Positions 37,502 through 62,169 of a DNA stretch of 64,000 nt are shown in pieces. The notes under the pieces were generated by a model that ran no database searches, had not been told where the DNA came from, and saw only the letters and a program-made list of their open reading frames with translations. How positions within the stretch are numbered: the stretch's first letter is position 1; the number at the start of each line of letters is the position of its first letter. Source of the stretch: Macrostomum lignano (lineage: Eukaryota); assembly GCA_002269645.1 (NCBI GenBank), contig NIVC01000250.1:62001-126000 (forward strand). Direction: 5' to 3'. The position numbers and the translations under genes were made by a program.

Positions 37502-37837
37502 ATACCATAGGCAGACTGAAGGGGCCACTTAAAAATAGCTTTACTCGAACTTGCAGAGGAATTCGGTAGGGCGGATTGCATCTAGCTGTCTCCCCTGCTA
37601 GGCCTCGTGTGACAGACAGAAATTTTCCCCAATAACTTCAAGCCAAAATCCCATGGAGCTGACAAAACCAATTACGCAGATGGGCGGGCGCACCTGACCT
37701 TCAGTCCGCAGTCCACTACACTGCGGCTGCTATAGGTAATTGAGTGAAATAAGTGCCTGCTAGATGTGGCGGACTTCAAACACGGGTTCAGGACCAAATC
37801 AAGTCTTTTATGCTATGTAGTGAAACTTTTAGACAGT

Positions 37838-38360
<523 letters not shown>

Positions 38361-38848
38361 TGAGCTTATTATAGAAATCGCGGTAATTTAAAAAAAACGC
38401 CCACAATGCCAGTGTCGCGATGGCTTTCCAATCATGGCAGAGACACAAAATGACAAAAGGCTCCGTTGCAAGGTCGCTCAGTTGATAAAAATTCTCTTGG
38501 CAGGGCTGCAGTGGAGCAGGCAGTTGTTCCGACTGTTGGCCCGAGAGAACCATAAAAAGCGCCTGCGCAGTTCCTGTTTAATATTCACTGCACTGCAGTA
38601 TTCAGCCTGGCATTTGTACCTGTCACACTTGATTATCAGGTTCGTAGCTGAATGGAGAGATTTGACGCATTGCTGACAACACGTTTCAAACAGGTAAGAA
38701 TACACGCAGTTGAAGATTGAGAGCAGTGGTGAAAGCACTAAAGGGGTTTTTGTTTATTTTTTGGAGTGATGGGAAAGTTTCGGAGTGCTTAGAGAAACAC
38801 GAGGAAGTCACGATTGGAGTCACGTATGAACGGAGTAAAAAGGTACAA

Positions 38849-39110
38849 GGGGCGTCACCACCGGGGGGGGACAGGGGGGACATGTCCTTCCCCCAGTAAA
38901 AGTTGTGGGGGACATGCCAATGCTTTGTCCTCCACCCCACCCAACCTTATGGCCCGTTATGAAAATCAATAATTTTACTTCAGGGTGACAAAATATAGTG
39001 CCTGCGGCGCTAAAATGAGCGCTGACAACACCGATTCTGAAAATAATTTACAGTACATGCAGAATTCTTGGCTTTGTCCCCCCACCATAAAATCCATGAC
39101 GACGCTACTG
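38849..39110. mobile_element. hAT-like GC-rich MITE, degenerate
   Basis: Imperfect termini ggggcgtcacca / tgacgacgctactg, flanked by a direct ggtacaa repeat (38842-38848 and 39111-39117). G-run subterminal modules. Confidence 0.45.
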
Positions 39111-39682
39111 GGTACAAATATCATTGTTTACGGTTTGAGACGAAAGCAATATTGGTGTGATCAGTGAATCTTCAACTTAGCGGTTTCTTTACTTCTGGTG
39201 TTTACTAGAAACGTCATTGCTCTGTGTAGAGTAGCAGACCGTGTCAGACAGTGACAGGCAATCAGTTTCACAAGCGGCACGGTGCCTATTGGAAAACTGC
39301 AGGTTCATTAATACACCTGGACAAGCCAGTGCAATTTCATTACCAGATATGAACTGGCAAGGAGATCGATGAAACTCTCACGAATTCTATATCTAGGTAA
39401 ATATTGCCTTTGAAAGGAAATATGAAAAAAGAAAGTTGGCAATGTGAGGTAAAGACGATTTATTCAGCAAACGACCTTGAAAATCTCCAATTTCTTAGAA
39501 CAGAATAAAAATAGAACGCAGTTCACCCAGCCTGCAAAAAAGAATTGAAAGTATAGGGAAAATACAACACTTCCTCCATGTGTGTCGCTTGTTTCATTCT
39601 TTCTTTAGCTACCCTTCTATAGGCCAAGTTCAGCGCTCCAGTGCCATCGATCGGCTTGTCGGTCGATCTAGAGGGGCGGTGG

Positions 39683-39739
<57 letters not shown>

Positions 39740-41167
39740 TCTGTCTCTCACATCACTCTCACCCGCTCTTTTCTCTCTGTCGGCATAAGATGAGAGGGGG
39801 ACTCAGTTTTTATAGCTGCATTGAAAGGAATGCAGCTATAGCGCACAAGCTAGTGGTATATAGTGTGCTGACGGCTCTGGGTGGATCGGTCTGACTGCAA
39901 TAAAACTAATTATTAGATAGCTAAAGATAATTGCACCGTTAATCAGAGTGTTATGCGAGAGGCCGCGTTGGGATTCAACGTAAATACACGGCTGAATCAA
40001 GTCCATTGAATGTTTGAGGTGTGCAGAGGGGGCAGAGATATATAATTAGAGAATGATACATCATATAGCTAGCTAATTATTAAGCCGATGCAAGCCAACA
40101 GACGAGTAGCGGACACCGCATCAGAGAATGGGAGGATGGTAGATCTCTATAGTTCATTCTTTACTCTACTATTTTACGCTCCTAGTATATTAGACTAGCC
40201 AGTTGAACCCCCCCCCCCCGGAGCAACTCCCGCAGCAGAAGCCACTCGCTCCCCAGTGGCGCTGGGCCTTGGGGGCTCTGGGGGCTAAGCTTGTTAAATG
40301 GTTCGGAGGACAAGCCGACCCCAGTATACTGTAGCAGGGAGTAAAGGAGAAATTTTGGGCTTAGATGGGATAAATTTAGTCTGTCGTACAGAGTTCCAAA
40401 GGGAGAGGGCAGGCTGCTGCGGAGCACACACCAGCTCCGTCAATAAATTGACTAGGGGGATTTCACCCCAACCAATCCTTCCCCGTTTCCAAAACTCCCC
40501 ACCCAACGCCGCTCTCTTTCCCGTCCCACACAAACACACACACACTGCTTCTCGTCCCCTCCGTTTCTCCCCCATCCCCCCAGTGAGAGCCACGCCAAGC
40601 GCGCGCCCGAAATCCCAGAAATAAAAAGTTGAACCCAAAACTGTTTTCTGTCCACTGCTGCCGCTGCTGTCGCTGCTGAAGGGCGTCCGCTTACCTTGAC
40701 CAACCCCAGATCCCCCAGACCTCCCGGATCCCAAACCCCGCCTATTCTCAATTACCAGCTAAGCTGCAAATCCCCCAGTGCAACCAGAGAGGTAGTACAC
40801 TGGACGGCAGTGCTAACCGCCATAAGAGCTGGACCTTGTGGTACAACTGTGAAGAGGGAGGAAGGTAGAGAGAGAAAGAGACTGACCAAGCAGGCTTAAA
40901 ATACTCTCGGACAACTAAAAATACCCCGAGACCCGTGTCACTTCTGCGTCAATTATATCTTCACACACAGAGAGCCTGTCACTGAAAGACAGACAGAAGT
41001 AGAGAGAGGCCGGCAGACAAACGACAGATCCGGAAAAAATTAGGATCAGGTCGAGGCGAAAATGCCCAGAAAAATTGCATCTAAACTGGGACTGCAGGTA
41101 CTCGACTTGCTTCTTGGCTGAATCTGCCAGCACTTAGTTGGCCATTCGCACCTGACTAGAGTCCGAC

Positions 41168-51199
<10,032 letters not shown>

Positions 51200-51343
51200 A
51201 GTCACCTCTTTCACCAAACGCTCCGAACCCCACTTTGAAAACCATCTGAGCCAATCCTTAAGCACTTCTGTACATGCTCCGACCCCGGACCCTCGGTATT
51301 TCAGTCCCAAAGAATTAGAAGTACAAGGCCAATGAGCACAAGG

Positions 51344-51349
51344 AATAAA
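51344..51349 (+). terminator. Candidate polyadenylation signal of innexin 1
   Basis: AATAAA ~145 nt after the stop codon. Confidence 0.5.
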
Positions 51350-51409
51350 TTGTATCAGGAGCTCGATTCTATATGATTCAAGTACGCAGCAATCTCTATA
51401 CTTACTAAG

Positions 51410-51750
51410 AGACAGGACGTTCACCTAAAAGACAGTGATGCCTCTTACCTAAAAGACAGGGACGTTCACCTAAGAGACAGGGGCGCCAACCTAAGAGACA
51501 GGGGCGCCAACCTAAGAGACAGGGGCGCCAACCTAAGAGACAGGGGCGCCAACCTAAGAGACAGGGGCGCCAACCTAAGAGACAGGGGCGCCAACCCAAG
51601 AGACAGGGGCGCCAACCTAAGAGACAGGGGCGCCAACCCAAGAGACAGGGGCGCCAACCCAAGAGACAGGGGCGCCAACCCAAGAGACAGGGGCGCCAAC
51701 CCAAGAGACAGGGGCGCCAACCTAAGAGACAGGGGCGCCAACCTAAGAGA
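51410..51750. repeat. 21-bp minisatellite (aacctaagagacaggggcgcc)
   Basis: About 15 copies. Confidence 0.93.
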
Positions 51751-52919
51751 TCACCAAAAGACTACATAAGTGACGCAAGGCCGCACCCGCAGTTTGCCTG
51801 TCTCATTTTCCTTGAAAAGCAGCTCAAAGGTCCTGAGTTCGTGCCAACAGTGAAGATAGCTGTTCGAAACTTCATGCCCAACTATCAGGCTCCCGTTTCC
51901 TTTAATTATTACCTCTCATTTCTTGTTTCCTTCTGTCTGTCATAAAAGTCGTTACCTCTTCCCCTCAAAGATTCATAAAGAGAGGCATTTGAGAGATTTA
52001 CCTTTGGTCATAAACTTTGCTTGCTTTGTATATTCTTGAGTGAAATAGGAACTGCTATTTAACAAATATTCACCGATGTGCATGTGAGATAGTGTGCTTA
52101 TTCTGTGAAATTTATTTTTTTTCTGTTTATCTTCAAAGCGAACTGTATCATAACCAAGTATTCTCACGGCCCATGCAATCTGTTTATTTAGCAAATACTC
52201 TGCCACTTTGCTATCATAATTCATCGGCAGAAACAATATGTTAGCAGCCTGTTTTGTGCGTTCTTTGTTCTACTTAATACTCTATATATACTACTTATTT
52301 TATGCCAGTATTAGGGGCGGACTTGGGCAGTATGGGCAACTTCTATCTTGCTAACCAAAAGGCGCCACTTGTGCTAACCGCGTCATTTCGATAATTCATT
52401 TATTAAATATTAATTTTGTCTCTGCGTTCACACCTTGGCAATTATACTAACTTTTATTTCATAATCTCATGTTCCGTTCACAGCCATGTGCATTGGATGC
52501 TAACTGTGGAAAACTACTTTTGCACTATACTGTGGGTTATTTTTTATAGAAAATATTTAACTTCTCTTTTTTGCTCGTCCCTCACCAATATTTATTAATT
52601 ATTACTGACACCAGGCAATCTATTCATTAGTTTGTATTCGATTAATTCTACACGTATTTTTAGTGTTTATTTTTTGTTTTAAATTTGCGCCAGATTCTAA
52701 AATAAATAGTGACAATTTTAACCGATCTCGTAAAACTGTAAAAATCTGTTATCTGTTCACATTTGTTTGCTCTTTTGTTGGTTAAGAATTTAGACTATTT
52801 TTATTTTAAATAAATCATGTATTTGCATACTGTGACTTGCTTTTTTAGGCTTTGAATCTATTTTCTTTAATCCAGTTAACTGGGAACTTCCTGTGCCAAA
52901 TCTGACCTGTCACCCGCCA

Positions 52920-53374
52920 TCAGTCCCCCTCTCACTCCTCCCTACGAGTCACACCTTCTCCCCTCTCCCTCCTCTCTCCTTCCCTCTCCCTCTCCCTCCT
53001 CTCCCCCTCCCCTCCCCTCTCCCTTCTCTCTCCCTCCCCTCCTCTCTCCTTCCCTCTCCCTCTCCCTCCTCTCTCCTTCCCTCTCCCTCTCCCTCCTCTC
53101 TCCCTCCTCTCTCCCTCCCCTCCTCTCTCCCTCCTCTCTCCCTCCCTTCCTCTCTCCCTCCTCTCTCCTTCCCTCTCCCTCTCTCTCCTCTCTCCTTCCC
53201 TCTCCCTCTCCCTCCTCTCTCCCTCCCCTCCTCTCTCCCTCCTCTCTCTATTCTATCTCTCTCTCTTCCTCCTCTCCTCTCTCCCTCCTCTCTACCTCCT
53301 CTCTACCTCCCTCTTCCTCTCCTTTCCTCTCTTCCCCTCCTGTCCCCCCTCCTTTCCTCTCTCCCTCCCCTCTC
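52920..53374. repeat. CT-rich low-complexity tract (left part; target of the RTE insertion)
   Basis: Polypyrimidine modules that continue at 57184-57470 on the other side of the element. Confidence 0.85.
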
Positions 53375-56300
53375 TTGTCTTGTCTTGTATGGCCATTCGA
53401 CCTCCTAGGAGGCATGCCACTCATTGGATTTGAGTCGGTTCCGTCTTCTCGGTGCGTCGGTTGGTTCAGGCCTGTCCGTCGTGTCGGCGTCTTGGTCCTC
53501 TTCTTCTTGTTGGTATCCTGTTTGTAGGTCGTTGTACTGCGCACAGGTGCGTATGTGCCTCGCCATGTTGCTGGCGCTCCTGGGCTGGAGACAGTACGGG
53601 CATGTCCCTTTCGGGGCGCCTTTGCAGATCTTAAGGTGGTTCGTCTCGCTGGCTTTGTTGTTTAGGATGTCTCCGCATCTTGGGCACTTCTTCTCCTCTT
53701 CTCTTTGTTCTCGGTGCATCCTGGTGTTGTGTATCTTCATTCCCGTGTGAGTCTTGAACTCTCTGTTGCAGACGTCCTGTTTGGTCCCTTGGCATGACCG
53801 TGTTCTTGTTCATTGCTTTCACCTCTTCCCATTTTGTTATGTGCTCCAACCTTGCCTTGACTGCTGTTTTCCAAGATCCTCGGTCCCTTGCGATCTGCTC
53901 GATGTCGTCCGGTTCGTATCCAGCTTTTCTTATTACTTTTCGCCAGTAGTCGATGGTTGTTTGTTTGCGCTTTCTCGCTGTCGTCCTTGGTAGTTTTCTC
54001 TTTGGCCATCCTAGAGCTACCTGCTTCGTGATCCGGGAGTTCTCCATACGGAGTAGGTGTCCGATCCTTTCTAGCGTTCTCGTTTCTATTTTACTTTCGA
54101 TGCTCCTTACTTGTAGTTGTCTACGCACTTCGAATGTGTTCACTCCCCGTTCTTCCATCTCGCGTAGCGGTTGTTGCGTTTTGCTGCTCCAGATGTGTCG
54201 ATATATTTTGTCAATACTTGCTTGTAATGTTTTGATCTCTCTCTTGTGCCATGGGCGTATCGCTGAGTCGAAGAGGGCGGTAGATTCCACGCATGCTTCG
54301 ACGACCCTGGCCTGTATCTTCTTTGGGAGTCTGGAATGTTTTAGTCTCCGTTGGACCACAGCCGGCTTTTATCATTCGTTGGGTTCGTTGCTTCAGGTCA
54401 TAACTGCGGTCGATGTAGCTGCCTAACATTCTGATTTCGTTCGCCTCACTCCTTCCGAATTCCAGGTGTTCCTCTTTGTCTGGGTGGCATTTTTCCTCGA
54501 ATGTTGCCATGCATTGGACTGTCGTGTCCTTCGCCAATTGCATCGCTTCTCTCTGTCCGCACAGAGTGGTGTCGTCCGCGAAGAGTGATTCCGTAATGGT
54601 GAAGTCGGTCCTTGCTGCGCTGTCTTTTGCCCTTTCTACCTTCTGGGGTGGAAGTGAGCACCCTGGGATCCATTGCCATTTGATTCCCACGGGTTCCAGA
54701 TTTTGCAGTCTTGCCGCCGCAAGTCGTTTTTGGTGCGCCATTCTCATGGTGGTTGCGTGATATATGTTGAACAGCGTCGGAGATGTCGCGCACCCTTCTC
54801 TCAGTCCGCGTTCGGGTTGCCATGGGGTGCTGCATGACGTTTTCCCTCTTATTTTGTAGGAGGTGCCCTCGTGCAGTCCCTTCAGCGTGCGCAACATTTT
54901 CCCGTTTAGTCCGTACTTGGTTAGCATTGTCCACAGGAGTGGTTTATTCACTCTAGGGTAGGCTTTGGTGATGTCCAGGAGCGTGGCGACAGGGTCTTGG
55001 GGTGTCGGTGCTGGTTCGCCTGCTGCTAGGTAGGCATTCTGGACCTCTTCGTTGATCCGGATGAAGATTTGGGCGGCGTCTGCCGTCGATCGTCCGGTTC
55101 TAAAACCCTGTTGGTTTTCATCCAGGAGACCGGTTACTTCCGCCCATGTACGTAGTCGTGTCGCTAGGACGCGGGCGAGAATCCTCGATCCCATCGAAAG
55201 GAGGCAGATTCCTCTATAGTTATTCAGGTTGGTGCGGTTTCCTTTTTTGAATAGCGGAATCACCAGACCGCTTTTTAGACATTCTTCCCATTCGTCTGGC
55301 GGGGTGATAAACATTTTGTTGATCAGGTTAGCAACCTCTTGCTTTGTCTGTGGGTCAGCTTGTCTGATATAGCAGATTCTTATCCCATCTTCACCGGGTG
55401 CGCCGTCCTGGATCTTAGTCCATTCTCTGAAGACTTCGTCGTTGGTGATTTCTTTGTTCAGCGCTTCGGCTGCTGCCCGCATGTGTTCACATTCTCTTCG
55501 GTCTGGTATCTGGTCCATGGCTTCCTGGATCTCCTGTGTGTCGTTCTCATATCTCTCTTCAGATACTTTCATGAAGTGTTCTTTCACTTCCTCTGGGGTG
55601 TGCATCTCGCTCGGTGCCGCAGTTTTTGCGTCTCTCAGTCCCAGCTTCTTTAGTGTTTTATACATCATGCCCATGTCGTTTCGTTGTTGCGCTTCGTTCG
55701 CTTGGGTGATAATCTCTTCCCAGGATTCTCGTTCTCATTGTTTCTTCTTTTTCTTATATTTTTTCCTCACTTTCTTTAGCTCCTCTCTGGCCCGTTCGTA
55801 CGCTTCTCGGTTCGAGTCTTGGTTGTTCTCAGTTTGCCTCGCCTCTTGTACCCAGGATGATATCCGTTGAAGATATTGCGTCATCTCGTTTTCTCTGCCT
55901 ATCAGCCAGGAAGACTCCACTGGTTTTTCTTTGATGCCGCAGACTATTTCTGCTGATTTTCGCAGCATTTCGTTCATTTGTTCCCATGTCGTCTCTCTCC
56001 TTGCCGTTTTTCTGTTTCTTCTGCTGTTCTTGCTTCGTATTCTTTGGCGATCTCCGGGATCTTAAGCTTTTCGTAGCACACGTTGCGCGGGCGGTTGTTT
56101 CGCCACGCTGATTTTAGTGGTTTATTTCCTTTGATGTGTACGAGCTTCGGTCGATGGTCGGAGAAGCTATCCTGATCGATTGTTTCCATCGCTTGGATTA
56201 GTTTCATTCTTTGGGTTCGTCTGGTGATGAAGCCGTCTAGTTCGTGCCACTTCTTGTGTCCTCTATGGTACCATGTGCCTCTGCGAGGCATCATGTAGAA

Positions 56301-57183
56301 CGAGTTTGTCCAGGCTAGCCCGTGGTGTTGGCACCAAGCCAGGAAGTCGTTACCTGCTTCGTTGGTTTTGTTTAGGCCGAATCTGCCACAGGTTCCTGGT
56401 TCCCATTTTTCCTGTTCGTTCTTTTCAACTGACAAGTTGTGATCTCCACCGATTAGTAGCCATTCATTAGTTTTGCATTTCCTTATTGATTCTTCTAGTT
56501 CCTTTCTGTAGTCTTCCATCACTTCCGGTCCATATTCCCATAAGGGGGCATAACATGCTGTGAGATGTAAGTTGTTCACTTTGACCGTGACCGTTCTTTC
56601 GCCGAAAAATCGTTGATGTCCTTGATCCATCCATTGTTGTCTCCATTGGCGTCCTAGGAGTATTGCTGCTCTCTTCGAGTGGATTATAACCACGCCGTTT
56701 TTTCCTTCTCCCATCCATATCATTCCTGGTTGTTCCGCCGTTATTTCTGACATCAGACTATGTTTCCTTCGGTTGTTCTCTCTTAGGGACATCTTCTGTA
56801 GGTTCTAGGTCACTATTTGTACCTTCTCAGTCGGTTCTTTCCTTAGGTTTTCGGTTCTGATTTTCTTTCTTCGTGTTCTCTTCCTTTCGCGATCCTGTTT
56901 TCTCTTTTCTGGTGTCCATTCTTTCTTTCCTCGCCTGTATTTCTTTTTTGTTGTCGTCGTTGTCGTCTCCTCTTGGGCCAGGTCTTCGGGCCCCGGGTTC
57001 CGCTCCACGTCACCGCTCTTTGCTAATGAGTTTTTTATGTTAGAGTGCATCAGCCGCTCCAGATTTTTACATCTGTTTTGGCTTCCTTTGCATTTGCTGC
57101 TCCCTTTTTGTTTCCGCACAGCCGAGGCGTGCGGTCTACGCTCGCTACCGCTAGAAGGTAGGTGCAGCATGAGCAAGCATGTG
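53375..57183 (-). mobile_element. RTE-clade non-LTR retrotransposon, near full length, inactivated
   Basis: Single ancestral ORF: 2A-like peptide, APE endonuclease (IVT*NLQ, LLIGGDHN, ELDGFI, SDHRP), RT (QQGFRTGRS, DITKAYPRV, GLREGCATSP, LFADD), RTE-type C-terminus (IGHLLRM...ARDRGSW) and C2H2 fingers. In-frame stops at 56807-56805 and 55737-55735; frameshifts near 55995, 54358 and 53785. (ACAAG)n tail. Candidate 17-bp TSD tctctccctcccctctc (53358-53374 and 57184-57200). Confidence 0.9.
56988..57011 (-). other. 2A-like ribosomal skipping ('StopGo') motif DVERNPG|P
   Basis: Translation ...KNSLAKSGDVERNPGP matches D(V/I)ExNPGP, in frame with and upstream of the APE domain. Confidence 0.8.
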
Positions 57184-57470
57184 TCTCTCCCTCCCCTCTC
57201 CCTCATCTGTCTCCCTCCCTCTTCCTCCTCTCCTCTCTCCGCCTCCTCTCCTCTCTCCTTCCTCTCTTCTGTCTCCCTCTCTCCTCTCCTCTCTCCGCCT
57301 TCTCTCCTCTCTACCTCCTCTCTACCTCCCTCTTCCTCTCCTCCCTCTCTCTCTCCTCTCCCTCTTCCTCCTCTCTTCTCTTCCCCTCCTCTCCTCTCTC
57401 CCTCCTCTCTCTCTTCTGTCACCCTTCCTCTTCCTCCTCTCCTCTCATCCTCATCTCGTCTGTCTCTCTT
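57184..57470. repeat. CT-rich low-complexity tract (right part)
   Basis: Continuation of 52920-53374. Confidence 0.85.
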
Positions 57471-57779
57471 CAACCGTGAGCAGTGAGTGTAGGATAGGCA
57501 AACGACAGAAACAATTTGAAGAAATTCTCTTTTACGAGCAGAAATATGAGTCGGGAAATGCCTTGGTCGAGAGCCTGAGAAAGCTTACATATTGATCCAA
57601 TGTGCGCAGGGATTGATCCAGCTATACATGGATCATGGATCAATCCTGCTAGGCGAAATTCTGGCGCGAGCATGAAAACTAAATGAGCACTGCTTACTGA
57701 TGCACAGCACAGAAGAATGAGCACCCAGCTTAATAGGCCACGGTTGTCTTGCTTGTGCAGAAATTTATACCTTCACTCC

Positions 57780-58420
57780 ATGCACCCCTCACTCCCCGCT
57801 ATCTTCAAACCTCACTTTCCGATATCTGCACCCCTCACTCCCCGCTATCTGCACCCCTCACTCCCCGCTATCTGCACCCCTCACTCCCCGCTATCTGCAC
57901 CCCTCACTCTCCGCTATCTGCACCCCTCACTCCCCGCTATCTGCACCCCTCACTCCCCGCTATCTGCAAACCTCACTCCCCGCTATCTGCACCCCTCACT
58001 CCCCGCTAGCTGCACCCCTCACTCCCTGCTATCTGCACCCCTCAATCCTCGCTATCTGCACCCCTCACTCCCCGCTATCTGCACCCCTCAATCCTCGCTA
58101 TCTGCACCCCTCAATCCTCGCTATCTGCAAACCTCACTTTCCGCTATCTGCACCCCTCACTCCCCGCTATCTGCACCCCTCAATCCTCGCTATCTGCACC
58201 CCTCACTCCCCGCTATCTGCACCCCTCACTCCCCGCTATCTGCACCCCTCAATCCTCGCTATCTGCACCCCTCACTCCCCGCTATCTGCACCCCTCAATC
58301 CTCGCTATCTGCACCCTTCAATCCTCGCTATCTGCACCCCTCAATCCTCGCTATCTGCACCCTTCAATCCTCGCTATCTGCACCCCTCAATCCTCGCTAT
58401 CTGCACCCCTCACTCTCCGT
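57780..58420. repeat. 23-bp minisatellite (cccgctatctgcacccctcactc)
   Basis: About 28 copies. Confidence 0.93.
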
Positions 58421-59432
58421 TACCTGCGCTATTATATGAAAATATTCAGCTTGAATTGCACATTTTACGTACTACCCGCGCAAAGTTCTTTCTACATGTA
58501 AAAATGAAAGAATGCTTCTTTTTAAATGCTTAACAGCCGTCGCAGATTTTAATTTGCCGATGAAGGGCTCTCCCGCTACTCTGCATCCTCATCCGCTCTC
58601 GCTAAAGTACACGCGCGCGGACGTGACAGGCCAGGGCGAGCGCGAGGCGTTGTGTGCTAATGAACAGCCGGGCGGCAGATAAGCATGGAACTGGCTCAAC
58701 AATGCCCCCCTCCCCCTCCCCTGAGCCGGGTACTCAAAAAAGCCTATAGTTAATTCTATAGTCCTGGAAGAGAGAGGAGTTATCTCTCAGTGCCAGTGCC
58801 GGGCAGAGTTAGGGGAGATGAGGGAGGGAGAGTCAGACAGCAGACCTGAGCTCGCGCGCTGCACGGCAAGATTGATCCCATCACACACACGGAGCTCAGC
58901 TGGAATTAAGAAAAACATTTTTCCTACGCCGCCATGCATACGGGACGGTTGCTGGGCGTTGCCAAAATGGGGGACGAAATGCAGCTGGAGAGTGGAGAAC
59001 TGAGCAAAGAGACGATGAGGGAAGGGAAAACGGAGAAGGAAGAGGCGATGGAGAGAGAGAGAAGGGGACACACGGGGGATTCTGGGAGAGACACACGGGC
59101 GCATTTACAGGTCCCATTGGACGCCCTTCCCCAATGCCCTCCGAGGCCTATAGAGCCGATGGAGGGGCCCGACTTCTTGCAGGCTAAATATCCCAAACTA
59201 GGCAGGCCATGATACCGGGGCGTCTCAACAATAAAATTGGATCTCGAACTGACCCATAGCAACGGCAGATTCTCTTGAAAATTGACCAATAACCGGTAAT
59301 TAATCAAATTGCTTGGCTCCCCAATTCTAACTTGCTCGTCTGCTTCAAGTACTTTTCTTCGTTTTAATGCCAGTGCGGCCTTCTTGCTGTCTCGCCATCG
59401 TTTCAGAGAGGCTCGAATAAGCTGCGGCAGTC

Positions 59433-59589
59433 ATGGACGCCACGTTCATGTGGAAGCTGTCCAAGCTGGGCCGCATCGGCTCCAGCCGGCAGCGGGTCGA
59501 TGACGACTTTGCCGACCGGCTGAACTACCAGTTCTCCGGGGTGATCCTGTTCCTGTTCATCGGCCTGATCGGCATCCGGCAGTATGTTG
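59433..59589 (+). CDS. inx: Innexin paralogue 2, first coding exon only (remainder beyond window)
   Basis: MDATFMWKLSKLGRIGSSRQRVDDDFADRLNYQFSGVILFLFIGLIGIRQYV-G|gtgagt. Same phase-1 intron position as innexin 1. Confidence 0.88.
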
Positions 59590-59627
59590 GTGAGTCCTGA
59601 TAGCTGTCTGTGTATGTGTGTCTGTCC

Positions 59628-60190
<563 letters not shown>

Positions 60191-60824
60191 TTTATAATTT
60201 TTTTTTGTCCGAGTAGGAAGCAGGCCGTAAGCAGATAAATTACGGTACTTTTATGGCACGGTTGACTTTGCATCCACGCCAGGAGTCGGCGACAGACGCA
60301 CGCAGGAATATGCGCAGGGACTTAGTATAAGATTACAAATATTACTACACAAGTTCCTCGCCCGCCTCTGCTTGGCAACTCAGACAGGAAAAGATTTTCA
60401 GGCCCGATCGCAAATCCCGTCCCTCTTAAGCCGATGGCGCGGGCTGAGTCGAAGTGCGGAGCAGCCCCTCCCCCCGGCTCTGCGGGATAGACGAAAAGCT
60501 GTCACGCGATGAAGCGGGTCCCAGCATCCCATCCGATCGGACAGGCACGCCGGTGCGGCGACTCGCCTGCAGAACTTCCGGATTGTCGAAATTCGGCTTT
60601 TATCTCTGTTCTTCTGCTATAGAACAGAAATTACTTTTTTGAAGATTAATAGTTAATAATTTTAGTATATGGATGTACTCCTGGACACGTTATCAATACT
60701 ATAATTCTGGTTATGTACAGTAAAGGTTCACTAGCTGCTAGCTGAATTATCGTCCATCTGACTTAATTATTTCCCTTGTCACTTTATCCGACTCAATCCA
60801 CCTCGCTCTAATCTGCTGAGTCTA

Positions 60825-61580
60825 TAGATCTCTGATTCCTTATCAACTACATCTCTAGATCTCTGATTCCTTATCAACTACATCTCTAGATCTCTGATTC
60901 CTTATCAACTACATCTCTAGATCTCTGATTCCTTATCAACTACATCTCTAGATCTCTGATTCCTTATCAACTACATCTCTAGATCTCTGATTCCTTATCA
61001 ACTACATCTCTAGATCTCTGATTCCTTATCAACTACATCTCTAGATCTCTGATTCCTTATCAACTACATCTCTAGATCTCTGATTCCTTATCAACTACAT
61101 CTCTAGATCTCTGATTCCTTATCAACTACATCTCTAGATCTCTGATTCCTTATCAACTACATCTCTAGATCTCTGATTCCTTATCAACTACATCTCTAGA
61201 TCTCTGATTCCTTATCTACTGAATTTTAAGATCTCTGATCTACTAGATCTCTGGATTTTTGATCCCTTATCTGCTAGATCTCCAGATCGTCAGATTTCTG
61301 ATCTACTAAATCTCTGGATCTTTGATCCTACTAGAACTCCATATTTCTAGATCTCTAATCTACTAGATCTCTAGATCTGTGATCTCCTATCTGCTAGATC
61401 TCCAAATCTCTATATCACAAGTCTACTAGATCTCTAGATGTCTGATTGACTAGATCTCTGATCCACTAGATCCCTAGATCTCTAGATCTCTAATATACTA
61501 AATCTCTAGATCTCTAGATTTAAAATTTCTAGATCACAGATCTACTAGATCTCTAGATCTCTGATCCACTATATCCCTAG
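60825..61580. repeat. 31-bp minisatellite (tctagatctctgattccttatcaactacatc, ~12 copies to 61220) decaying into ctagatct-rich sequence
   Basis: Tandem copies followed by a degenerate region. Confidence 0.9.
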
Positions 61581-62169
61581 ATTTTTTCAAGCTAATAGAA
61601 TTTTGAGACATCTGATATACACGCAGCTTACCAGATATTGAAACCTGGATCCCCTACTCAGCGTGCCTCAGCGAGATCAATTCCCCTCTTCTCCAGTTGC
61701 AGATCCTGGACTTCCTCATCAGGCTAAGCAACCCTCCTCTCTCTCTGAGCTCCACTCTTTTTTTACTCAATTTTTCTCTCCTGAATTCCGCTATGCAGCT
61801 TTCAATTCAGCGAGCACTCTCAGCCCCGGTGAGTTGCTTCTAATTCTTAATTTTTTCCCAGCATACCCCGTAGCTTCCTTCTGCCGCACATGGGAGGAAT
61901 TGTGATGCTGCTGCAATGCTGTAATGCTGAAAAATTAATGGGGGCTGCACAGTGGGTGTTGCACGCCCCCTTCCAGTATGAACCTCCAAGCCCCAGCTCC
62001 GGAGAGCTAGTTTTTTATCTGGATATTTTTGTTAGTTAAAAAATTAACCAGAAATTTTGTAGAGTGCGGCAGTGCTGGAGGAAATGCTTTGAGACAATGG
62101 ACGCTTGACACTTGTAAATAAATATTAATAAATATGTAGCACCCCTCATGGCACTCCTGCCCCAGGTCA

